From: Syntrophales bacterium
Lineage (GTDB): Bacteria > Desulfobacterota > Syntrophia > Syntrophales > UBA2185
DNA: 36,553 nt
Assembly (NCBI GenBank): GCA_035515335.1
Contig: DATJBN010000144.1
Span: forward strand, 1 to 36,553
Direction: 5' to 3'
Positions 7,763 to 16,340 of this stretch are shown in pieces. The notes beneath the pieces are model-generated. The model had not been told where the DNA came from. It did not search any database and saw only the letters and a program-made list of their open reading frames with translations. Numbering within the stretch: position 1 is the stretch's first letter; every line of letters starts with the position of its first letter. Both the position numbers and the translations under genes were made by a program.

Positions 7763-9625
7763 TTGACCACGAAATTAATCATTTCGGAAGAGGCAAGGAA
7801 GCTGGCAAATCAATGCCGGCACTATGCAATGTGCAAGATCGATTACCTCGGGACTGGTGTATGCGCATCGGGCGGCATTAAACATTACGTCAGCTACTAT
7901 CCTCAAGGAAGGATGGACATCTGTGCGGCTCTGGCAACAGGCTCGATCCCCGTGACCGAGGCTCTCGTGGACATTGCGGACACGTGCACAGTATGCGGGA
8001 TCTGCGATAGGCAATGTCATTTCTATACCGGGATGAGACCTTCGATAGTCATGGCCGCTCTGAAACATTATGTTGACACTTATCGAAGGCAGGGCGGAGA
8101 GATCGAGAAGCCGCCTTTTGATGATGTCTTAGAAGGACTCCGCGCTATCGTGGGGAAGGAGTGGGCAAGCAACGACCAGGCAATACTTCTTTCTTACGCG
8201 GATGATCCGTTTGCTCTCACACCGCTGCGCATGCCCCGCTGCATTGTGCTCCCAAGGACAACGGAAGAGGTGTCCCTCGTAGTCAAGCTCGCGCGGGAAA
8301 AACAAATCCCGATGGTCGCTCGAGGAAACGGGGGAAGTACCGCCGGTTTCGTCTTCACCGAAGGCATCGTCGTTGATCTTAATCGCATGAAGGGACTGGA
8401 GATCGACAGGGAAAACTGGGTTGCCATAGTCGAAGCGGGTGTAACTTCGTACGACCTTCAGAGAGAGGCATCACAGCAGGGTCTGCGCATAAATGCCGCA
8501 GAGCCGGCAGCAACGGTTTGCGGCAATATAATTTGCTCCGGGACATTCTCAACATGGATGAATGTCTATGGCACGGCGGCAGACAATATGGTCGATGCGG
8601 AGTTCGTAGGACCGGACGGCAATGTATTCCGTTTGGGTGAGAAGACCGCCCCGAACCTCTTTGCCTACAAACATGAAGACGTCCCCTCGCCCGGCATATG
8701 CACCGGGGCCCATATCAGACTGCACCCTGTAACAGATGATGAGGAAGGTATTTTTGTTCCATTCGACTCCTTCGAAGCGGCGGTAGCCTTCTCCAGAGAA
8801 TTGAGCCTGAGAAGGATCGGACTTGCAGTGGCCGTCCTCGGCGCCCATTATATTTCTTCTTTCATGTCGCCGACCGAGGATCTGGCAAGAGAGGCAAGAC
8901 CGGCGCTGACCGAGCTTCTGGGAATAAAGTATATGGTTCTTGTTATCGGGGATAGCTACGCAATAGAGGCGATAAGAACGATGGGGCGGCCTATGATTGA
9001 CAACGCCCTATTCCGGATACTCGCGCTTGGTCTTCCGAAACTGGCAGGAAAAGAGTGGCAGTTCTTCATTCGCGACCTCAATTGGAACGGGAATGCCTTC
9101 GAGTTCCTGGTAGAGAAAGACATCAGGCCTGTCATCGAAGCAATCCTTTTGCCGTCTCCGGAAAACATTGCATCTGTTGTCGACGATCCTGATCTCCGCG
9201 TCTTCTATGAAGAGCTTTACAGCAAACATGGGATGACGAACATCGTGTGGCTGAACACATTCAGGATAGTGAGCGTCAGGATGTCCCGCCACAAACATAT
9301 GTTCCCCCTTATCCTGTATGTTCCTCTGGACAGGCAACCGCTCATCGACGACATCATCGGGCGATTCGAGGCTATTGCTGAGAAGCATGGCATCACCCAC
9401 GACCTTGGGTTCCTGGCACCCCTCGACATGGGAAAGCGGGCAATACTGGAATACGACTATTACATAGATCACACCGACGAAAAAGACAGGGCACGACTAC
9501 AGGAGGCGGTGCCGGAGCTCGTACCCATGATAGAGGGATGGTGCAGGGATATCAAAGGCGTTGCCTGGATGAAGCATATCGTCTCTCAGGGTTTCGCACG
9601 CAAGGAACAGTTCCTGTACGCCTGA
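7763..9625 (+). CDS. FAD-binding (VAO/GlcD/AGPS-type) oxidoreductase with N-terminal Fe-S domain
   Basis: N-terminal CRHYAMC..C..QGR..CTVCGICDRQC. FAD_binding_4 motifs P..IVLPRTTEEVS, RGNGGS, GIVVDLNRM, VEAGV, ATVCGNI. TTG start at 7763 with GGAGG at 7752-7756. Confidence 0.88.
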   Translation: MTTKLIISEEARKLANQCRHYAMCKIDYLGTGVCASGGIKHYVSYYPQGRMDICAALATGSIPVTEALVDIADTCTVCGICDRQCHFYTGMRPSIVMAALKHYVDTYRRQGGEIEKPPFDDVLEGLRAIVGKEWASNDQAILLSYADDPFALTPLRMPRCIVLPRTTEEVSLVVKLAREKQIPMVARGNGGSTAGFVFTEGIVVDLNRMKGLEIDRENWVAIVEAGVTSYDLQREASQQGLRINAAEPAATVCGNIICSGTFSTWMNVYGTAADNMVDAEFVGPDGNVFRLGEKTAPNLFAYKHEDVPSPGICTGAHIRLHPVTDDEEGIFVPFDSFEAAVAFSRELSLRRIGLAVAVLGAHYISSFMSPTEDLAREARPALTELLGIKYMVLVIGDSYAIEAIRTMGRPMIDNALFRILALGLPKLAGKEWQFFIRDLNWNGNAFEFLVEKDIRPVIEAILLPSPENIASVVDDPDLRVFYEELYSKHGMTNIVWLNTFRIVSVRMSRHKHMFPLILYVPLDRQPLIDDIIGRFEAIAEKHGITHDLGFLAPLDMGKRAILEYDYYIDHTDEKDRARLQEAVPELVPMIEGWCRDIKGVAWMKHIVSQGFARKEQFLYA

Positions 9626-9637
9626 GCGGATCTGATT

Positions 9638-10843
9638 ATGCGCGTTTCAAGAGACATCATTTCACGGCGGCGGAATTGTCGCGAGACAACGTTCCTCCTC
9701 ACAGGGGGCACAGGCTTTATCGGCAGCCACCTTGCCTGCGAACTACTCAAGAATGATCATAGGGTGATCCTGCTTGCCCGGCCGCACAACGGTCTCAGCG
9801 CAAGAGATCGGATCGACCGCCTTCTGGACTGGTTTGAGCTTGGGCAGGAGCACCGCAGAAACCTCAACGTGGTTGAAGGTCTCCTGGATATGCCGCGCTT
9901 CGGCCTCGGTGGAAGTGCTTTTGACAGGATTCTGCACGAAGTTGACGAGATAATCCACTGCGCCTCCGATACGTCCTTCTCGGAGAGGAAAAGAGCCGCT
10001 GTTGAAAAGGCGAACATTGATGCGCTGGGCAACATGCTCGGTTTCGCTGCAAGCGGAAATTGCTGCTTCTTTCATTATGTGAGTACGGCATATGCCGCGG
10101 GGCGAAGGACGGGGATATGCAAGGAGGAACTTTGCGAAAACGATTCTTTTACCAACGTTTATGAAGAGACGAAATGCCGGGCTGAAAAGATTTCATGGCT
10201 GCGGTGTCAAGAAGAAGGCATCATGCTTTCCATCTACCGCCCTCCCATCATATACGGCAACTCCAAGACGGGGAGAAGCATTTTATTCAATGCAGTTTAC
10301 TACCCGATAAGGACGGTCCTCTTTCTCAAAGAACTCTATGAAGCGGATATCCGCGAGCGCGGGGGACACAAGGCCCGGGAGCTGGGCGTGAGACTGAATG
10401 GAGACGGATCGCTTCACCTTCCCATCAGGGTTGAGGTTTCGGAAAACGGCGGAATTAATCTCATCCCGATAGATTACTTCGTCGCTGCATTCATGGCTAT
10501 CATGGACGATTGCACAGAAGGCGGCATATTTCACGTAGTCAATCAGAGACTCAAACGGGTCGAGGACATCATTAACTATACGAAGAGGCTTTTCAACATC
10601 AGCGGCATCGAGGCCTGCCACGCTGAGGAGTTTACCGGAAAATCAAAGAATGCCCTGGAAGTCATATTTGACAGGTACCTTGATGTGTACGGCCCTTATA
10701 TGCGCGATACAAGGATATTCGAAGGTCGTAAGACGGAGCACATCCTTTCAAGAAACAAGGTCGTGTGTCCGGATTTTGATTTTGAGGTGTTCTCTCGTTG
10801 CATGAAATACGCACTTGAGCGCGAGTGGGTTCCGCCTGTTTAA
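9638..10843 (+). CDS. Extended SDR, fatty-acyl/thioester reductase-like (NAD_binding_4)
   Basis: LLTGGTGFIG, IIHCAS, HYVSTAY, YEETK (YxxxK), IYRPPIIYG, NLIPIDY. Starts 12 bp after the upstream gene. Confidence 0.88.
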   Translation: MRVSRDIISRRRNCRETTFLLTGGTGFIGSHLACELLKNDHRVILLARPHNGLSARDRIDRLLDWFELGQEHRRNLNVVEGLLDMPRFGLGGSAFDRILHEVDEIIHCASDTSFSERKRAAVEKANIDALGNMLGFAASGNCCFFHYVSTAYAAGRRTGICKEELCENDSFTNVYEETKCRAEKISWLRCQEEGIMLSIYRPPIIYGNSKTGRSILFNAVYYPIRTVLFLKELYEADIRERGGHKARELGVRLNGDGSLHLPIRVEVSENGGINLIPIDYFVAAFMAIMDDCTEGGIFHVVNQRLKRVEDIINYTKRLFNISGIEACHAEEFTGKSKNALEVIFDRYLDVYGPYMRDTRIFEGRKTEHILSRNKVVCPDFDFEVFSRCMKYALEREWVPPV

Positions 10844-10946
10844 GGGATTGACTAGAAAAAGGCTGCCGTCCGTCAGCAGGGTTGCCTTGGAATACTTTGA
10901 CGCGCAGATTATCTTGCCGCCCTCCAATGAGTTTGCGAAGAGATAT

Positions 10947-11756
10947 CTAAGGCATGCGGACCAGTCGAAAACCTATATAGCTGTTCGCGCTCGCCGGATT
11001 GAAATACAGGCGCTGCGCCGAACGGCTGTATTTCGCGCCGTCCATCCAGCAACCGCCCCGTATGACCTTGTTTGTGCCGGATGATGGTCCTGAAGGATCG
11101 GAAAGGCGGCTCCTCCAGGAATATTCGTCGTACCAGTCCTGACACCACTCCCACACGTTGCCTGCCATATCATAGAGACCCCAGGGGTTGGGGGCAAAAC
11201 TGGCCACGCGAACCGTCTTTTCCCTGAACTCGCCCTTAGGGCATCCGGTCGAAGGATATTTGCCGTTATAGTTCGCCTGACCCGTCCCGAGACACTTTCC
11301 GGTGTAGAAGGGTGTGGTTGTCCCTGCCCGCGCTGCATACTCCCACTCTGCCTCCGTAGGAAGCCTGTATTTATTCGCGCCTTCGATGCTGTTGAGCTTG
11401 CGGATGAATTCTTGTACGTCGTTCCAGGAGACCTGCTCAACGGGGCAGCCATCGCCGCAGTCTTTAAATCCAGAAGGGTTGTTTCCCATGACCTTCTTCC
11501 ACTGCCCCTGTGTCACCTCCGTAGTCTGCACGTAGAAGGCTTTGCCTATCTTTATCTTATATTGTTCCTCATCTTTCACCCGGTCCGGTTCATCATCGGG
11601 TGAACCACGCTTAAAGCTCCCGGAAGGAATGAGAACAAACTTAGCCGCTATCGTTGGGCTTGTGAAGACCTGCTCGTCAACTGCACGGCACGGGGGTGCC
11701 GCAATTGCTGCCAGCAGAAGAGATAACGGGACGATTCGCCAGAAGGCATGTTTCAT
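10947..11756 (-). CDS. Formylglycine-generating enzyme family (SUMF1/FGE-sulfatase domain) exported protein
   Basis: Signal peptide, then TEVTQGQW, PVEQVSW, YRLPTEAEWEYAARAG, NPWGLYDMAGNVWEWC, RGG.W, IGFRLV. Confidence 0.93.
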   Translation of the reverse strand: MKHAFWRIVPLSLLLAAIAAPPCRAVDEQVFTSPTIAAKFVLIPSGSFKRGSPDDEPDRVKDEEQYKIKIGKAFYVQTTEVTQGQWKKVMGNNPSGFKDCGDGCPVEQVSWNDVQEFIRKLNSIEGANKYRLPTEAEWEYAARAGTTTPFYTGKCLGTGQANYNGKYPSTGCPKGEFREKTVRVASFAPNPWGLYDMAGNVWEWCQDWYDEYSWRSRLSDPSGPSSGTNKVIRGGCWMDGAKYSRSAQRLYFNPASANSYIGFRLVRMP

Positions 11757-11923
11757 ATGTTCTTCCCTCACGAGAGAATTCGGCTGTCATCTATACTATA
11801 ACTCAATGTGAATCACAATAGGCGACCTTTCGTCCCCGTATCGCAGAGACACTTGCAGCTTTCCACCTCCACAAGAAAGAAAACTCTGAAGGCAGTGATT
11901 CACCTCGACGCGGCAGCACCGGT

Positions 11924-12577
11924 TCACAGCGCGTGCTGGAGGACGACTATCTCCGCTTTCTTGGGCAGGTTTTCTACTGCGACCTTCAGATCCGACCTGG
12001 AAAGTGTCCGGACATTCTCCTTGCCACGGGTAAATTCTTCAACACCGGTAATCGGAAATCCGCACTTGTCCGTCTTGTAGTGCATGGGTATCGTGATCAG
12101 GGGCTTGATGCTGTTCATTAGCTTCGTGGCGGCTTTAGCATCTATTGTGTAGAAACCTCCGACGGGGATAAGCAGTACATCCACCTTGCCTATATTCTTC
12201 AGTACCGCTTTGTCCAGGTCATGCCCGAGATCCCCCAGGTGCAACACAGTCATTCCGTCGGCTGAGATGACGGAAAGAAGATTCGCTCCTCTCTCTTTTC
12301 CGGAAGCCGTATCGTGAAACGTCGGAATGGTAACTATCTTCACTCCCTTGAGGTCATAGCCGCCCTGCTTCTTTACATGGTCATACTTCCCGCGTATGCC
12401 TTTTACATAGTTGTGATCCCCGTGCTCGTGACTCGTAATGACGATATCCGCCTCATCCTCGATCAAGCCGTAGGACAAGGCATCCGAAAAGCCCGGCTGA
12501 TATGGATCGATGATGATCGTCGTTCCATTTTCGGTAGTTATCTTAAAAGCCGCATGACCGTACCATTTTATATCCAT
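11924..12577 (-). CDS. MBL-fold metallohydrolase
   Basis: WYGHAAF, IIDPY, TSHEHGDH, HLGDLGH, LIPVGG, IPMHY. SD GGAGG. Confidence 0.92.
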   Translation of the reverse strand: MDIKWYGHAAFKITTENGTTIIIDPYQPGFSDALSYGLIEDEADIVITSHEHGDHNYVKGIRGKYDHVKKQGGYDLKGVKIVTIPTFHDTASGKERGANLLSVISADGMTVLHLGDLGHDLDKAVLKNIGKVDVLLIPVGGFYTIDAKAATKLMNSIKPLITIPMHYKTDKCGFPITGVEEFTRGKENVRTLSRSDLKVAVENLPKKAEIVVLQHAL

Positions 12578-12657
12578 AGCGATACCTCCTTTTCTTGGAA
12601 TGTTTTATCCCTTTTTGATTCAGAAAAAAATTGCTGCCCCACAAACAAAGGACGTCC

Positions 12658-13347
12658 CTATCGACCGCGCTTGGGATATCCCACGGACTGCGCGAGGATG
12701 ATCTTCTGATCATCTTTTAGCTTCATGGCCACAGACAGTGTCGGGACGTCTATATAGGCGCGGACTACCGTCGCAAGGCCTGCGGAAGCACAGTATAGAT
12801 AAACATTTTCGCTTATAAATCCTGTATCGGCTGCCGTATAAAGTGCTTTAGCCTGCTCGGTAGGGCCGCTCATCTTCGAATAGTCGGCAACATAGATAAG
12901 ATTAACCGCCGCATTTTTGACGAAGTCCTGTTTACCCGTGAGTGCCCTCAGGTCTCCCGCGGCGATCAGCTTCAAGGAGTGTAGTCTTGCTTCATAGAGA
13001 TATATACCTTTGGCTGTTGCAACATAGACATCGATCTCCTGTCTGTTCATCGCGGAAGGGGCCGTTCGTTTCCCGGTGTCTGGGCGATTGATCCCAAAGG
13101 CGGCCCACAGCATGTTGGAAAGGACATTCTCCGGCAGAGGCTCTGAGCTGAATTGGCGGGAGGAGTTCCTCTTTGCAATTATCTCCATAAGGGGATTGCC
13201 GGTAATCTCCGGCTTCGGGAGCTGAATTGATTTCTGATCTTGTGCGACAACGGTGTTCATGCTCATAACCGGAATAACCGTCACCGATGCCAGGATAATG
13301 GCAACAATTGATCTTACGATAAAACTTTTTCTTTCCGACGCTGTCAT
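12658..13347 (-). CDS. Nitroreductase family (SagB/ThcOx-like) protein with signal peptide
   Basis: LPKP..LMEIIAKRNSSRQF, LWAAFGINR, RTAPSA, ADTGFISENVYLYCAS, QSVGYP. Confidence 0.9.
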   Translation of the reverse strand: MTASERKSFIVRSIVAIILASVTVIPVMSMNTVVAQDQKSIQLPKPEITGNPLMEIIAKRNSSRQFSSEPLPENVLSNMLWAAFGINRPDTGKRTAPSAMNRQEIDVYVATAKGIYLYEARLHSLKLIAAGDLRALTGKQDFVKNAAVNLIYVADYSKMSGPTEQAKALYTAADTGFISENVYLYCASAGLATVVRAYIDVPTLSVAMKLKDDQKIILAQSVGYPKRGR

Positions 13348-13382
13348 GGCTACTGTCTCCTCTTGCCTTTCATCTGTTTAAG

Positions 13383-13775
13383 TCAATCACCCCCGCCTTT
13401 GCCCCCGGCATCAGTCTCTTCCCGGGATGGAAAATATCTCGCCGCAGCGAACCCCCCTATGGATACAAGAACCGTGAGGAAGGCTATCGTACAGGCGAGG
13501 GATTTCCCCTCCCAAAGTCCAGCGAACCACCGCCTCAGGTCGTCTGCGAGAACGGCGGCCTTCCCGCCGAAGACCTCCAGATCATGCCTGTATATCTTCG
13601 AATTCTCCGGCATGATCCGATAGACCTCTCCGCCTATTATCTGATACCCGAGGGCACCGCCTGTCTCATTTTCGGCTGCCCGATATATAAACACCGCGGC
13701 ACTCAAACCGATGAGGAGAATGACGGAACTGATTATGTTGAGGTATATGCGGAAATTTCCGCTCCGTTGTTTCAT
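13383..13775 (-). CDS. Hypothetical membrane protein (2 TM)
   Basis: Two hydrophobic segments flanking a soluble loop. Ends 35 bp upstream of the co-oriented nitroreductase. Confidence 0.75.
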   Translation of the reverse strand: MKQRSGNFRIYLNIISSVILLIGLSAAVFIYRAAENETGGALGYQIIGGEVYRIMPENSKIYRHDLEVFGGKAAVLADDLRRWFAGLWEGKSLACTIAFLTVLVSIGGFAAARYFPSREETDAGGKGGGD

Positions 13776-13975
13776 CGCATAGTCTCTTGTAATTTACTAT
13801 AGCAGTTAACCGTTATTACGTCAAAACACCAAAATGCTGTTGCGGAGATGACCCTGCGCCTTAAAGTCTCAGAAGATCGAGCCAAAACCCCTATTCTCTT
13901 ATCGCCGGACCTGTGTTAAGAATCGCTGACATTATAGTTCGAAATCCAAGACATGCATGAAGGGGATAACCAAGC

Positions 13976-14536
13976 GTGAAGTTTCTCTCCTGCGACACAG
14001 TCGAAAAAAAAGAGCTTAAGACAACGATAAGGGAAGCAACGACCGCCACCATCCGCGCCTTCAGAACGACATGGGAGCCCTACGTGGATGACAAGATCAT
14101 CTGGCAGAAGGACAGGGATTTCAACTACCGCTGCTTCGAATGGGACAGGATAATCAATATGTCCCTCAATTCGGTATTTATCGACAAGTGCTATGCGGCA
14201 TATACAGGGACACGGCTCGATGGTCTCCTCTCCTTCAGGCATCAACGAAGATTGTATCTCGATTTTTTTGCGACCGCGCCCTGGAATTATGGCAAAGGCG
14301 GCAGAATGCGGCGCATCGGATCCGGCCTCGTTTATTTCACTATTAGGAGGAGCCTCTCACTCTCCCTCGAAGGAGAATTTCTTGTATATGCCTTGGGAGA
14401 CTCCGAACCATACTGGAAAAAGATCGGCATGGCCCCTACGGGAAACTATAAATTCGGCCTTGCGGAATATCACATGTCAAAAGATAATGCTGCGATTTTT
14501 GAAAATGATTTTCAAAAATTCGTCATCGCCGAATAA
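13976..14536 (+). CDS. GNAT-fold N-acetyltransferase (putative)
   Basis: LYLDFFATAPWN..RMRRIGSGL (motif A-like) and LVYALGDSEPYWKKIGM (motif B-like). GTG start with AAGGGG upstream. Confidence 0.7.
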   Translation: MKFLSCDTVEKKELKTTIREATTATIRAFRTTWEPYVDDKIIWQKDRDFNYRCFEWDRIINMSLNSVFIDKCYAAYTGTRLDGLLSFRHQRRLYLDFFATAPWNYGKGGRMRRIGSGLVYFTIRRSLSLSLEGEFLVYALGDSEPYWKKIGMAPTGNYKFGLAEYHMSKDNAAIFENDFQKFVIAE

Positions 14537-14662
14537 TATTTTTTTGCTTCGAGAATTAACTCACGGGCTCCAGGATTATCACTGGAAATGTCCCAGCATA
14601 TAGTGTACATTTAACGCGTAGGTTAGTGCAAAGTTTTAACCGGCAATGAGGAGTTGTCAGAA

Positions 14663-16255
14663 ATGATAGATAGGAAAAAAACGAAGGCGCGGCGGACCAA
14701 AAGATCGGATGTCTTACGCGGAGCAAGATCGAACATGAGAAAAAAGAAATCGAAAACCGATCTTGATCTTTTCCACCTGCGGGAGCAAATCGAGGCGCAG
14801 AAACTGGAACTGGAGCATGAGAGAAACATCCGTAAACAGACGGAAAAGACGCTCCGGGAGGCGGAACGGCTCGCTTCGGATATAATAGACTTTATACCCG
14901 ATGCGACATTCACCATCGACGGGAAAGGCGTAGTGACTGCATGGAACCGCGCAATGGAAGAGATGACCGGCGTCAGGGCCGAAGAAATGCTGGGGAGAGG
15001 CAATCAGGAGTATGCGGTGCCATTTTACGGAAGCCCGAGACCGAAACTTATAGACCTGATATTCAAGCCGGACAGCGAAATCGAAAAAGAATATCTTTCC
15101 GTTAAAAGGCGGGGCGGGGCGCTCCACGCCGAGACAGTGGCGACATTGAATGAGGAAGACATTAAGTTTGCGGGAAAGGCAAGCCCGCTTTACAATGAAA
15201 AGGGCGACGTTATAGGAGCCATCGAATCTATTCGCAACATGACCGAGCACGCCCTTACGGAGGAATCGCTCCGTCAGGCGGAGGCGGAGTATCGAAGTAT
15301 CTTTGAAAATGCCCAGGAAGGCATCTTCCGCGCTTCCCTTGAAGGCAGATTCATCATCGCCAATCAGGCCCTGGCTTCGATGCTTGCCTACAGTTCTCCC
15401 AGAGAACTCATGAGCAGTGTAACCGACATTCCTCATAAGCTCTATGTCAATCCTGATGAGCATGAAGTGTTAAGAGAGATGATCAAGGACTACGGTCCGA
15501 CGAAAGGATTTGAGACCCAGTATTACCAGAAGGATGGTGCGAGGATCTGGGTTTCTATAAATATGCGTGCAGTCCGTGATACGGACGGCCAGATGCTGCA
15601 TTACGAAGGCATCGTGCAGGACATCACGGTGAGAAAGAAGGCGGAGGAAGACCGCAAATGGAATCTCGCGAGGCTCCGCCAGACGGTGCAGGCGACGATC
15701 CAGGCCATGGCAATGGTCGTGGAAGCAAGGGATCCATACACTGCCGGCCATCAGCGGCGCGTAGCAGAGCTTGCCCAAACGATTGCCACGGAAATGGGTC
15801 TCTCACCGGACAGGATAGACGGCATCCGCATGATGGGCGCCATCCATGATATAGGCAAGATATCCATCCCCGCTGAGATCTTGAGCAAGCCCACGAAGTT
15901 GAACGACATGGAGTTCGGTCTGATAAAGGCCCATGCACGGGCAGGCTACGACATACTGAAGGAAATCGAATTCCCCTGGCCCGTTGCAGAGATCATACTT
16001 CAGCATCATGAGAAATTAAACGGCACCGGATATCCTCAGGGATTGAAGGGTGACGAGATTCTTCTTGAGGCAAGGATCGTTGGTGTTGCCGACAAGGTGG
16101 AAGCCATGGCATCCCACCGTCCCTACCGTCCAGCCCTGGGCCTGGATGAGGCCCTGGGTGAGATCTCTCAGAACAGGGGCACCCTCTATGACGCCGATGC
16201 AGTAGATGTCTGCATGAGGCTCTTTCACGAGAAGAATTATCAGATGCACGGATAG
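14663..16255 (+). CDS. PAS-PAS-HD-GYP cyclic di-GMP phosphodiesterase
   Basis: Two PAS domains, then RDPYTAGHQRRV, HDIGK, HHE..GTGYP, HRPYR. SD GAGGAG at 14648-14653. Confidence 0.93.
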   Translation: MIDRKKTKARRTKRSDVLRGARSNMRKKKSKTDLDLFHLREQIEAQKLELEHERNIRKQTEKTLREAERLASDIIDFIPDATFTIDGKGVVTAWNRAMEEMTGVRAEEMLGRGNQEYAVPFYGSPRPKLIDLIFKPDSEIEKEYLSVKRRGGALHAETVATLNEEDIKFAGKASPLYNEKGDVIGAIESIRNMTEHALTEESLRQAEAEYRSIFENAQEGIFRASLEGRFIIANQALASMLAYSSPRELMSSVTDIPHKLYVNPDEHEVLREMIKDYGPTKGFETQYYQKDGARIWVSINMRAVRDTDGQMLHYEGIVQDITVRKKAEEDRKWNLARLRQTVQATIQAMAMVVEARDPYTAGHQRRVAELAQTIATEMGLSPDRIDGIRMMGAIHDIGKISIPAEILSKPTKLNDMEFGLIKAHARAGYDILKEIEFPWPVAEIILQHHEKLNGTGYPQGLKGDEILLEARIVGVADKVEAMASHRPYRPALGLDEALGEISQNRGTLYDADAVDVCMRLFHEKNYQMHG

Positions 16256-16340
16256 TAGTCGCCGTGTCGGAATCGGCTTCGATGCAGTATGCCGCCAGGA
16301 TTCCTTCGAGCACTATTCAAGCCTTGCCGAACAAGCACTT

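Noticed and set aside
10947-11080. FGE-type C-terminus as a possible diversity-generating retroelement variable region
   Set aside because: I saw no template-repeat copy and no reverse transcriptase in the window. A remote DGR cannot be excluded.
11821-11870. GGGACGAAAGG on the minus strand, reminiscent of a c-di-GMP-I riboswitch
   Set aside because: It lacks the GGCAAAC..GAAA first stem and the GCAAAG/CTAA second-stem elements.
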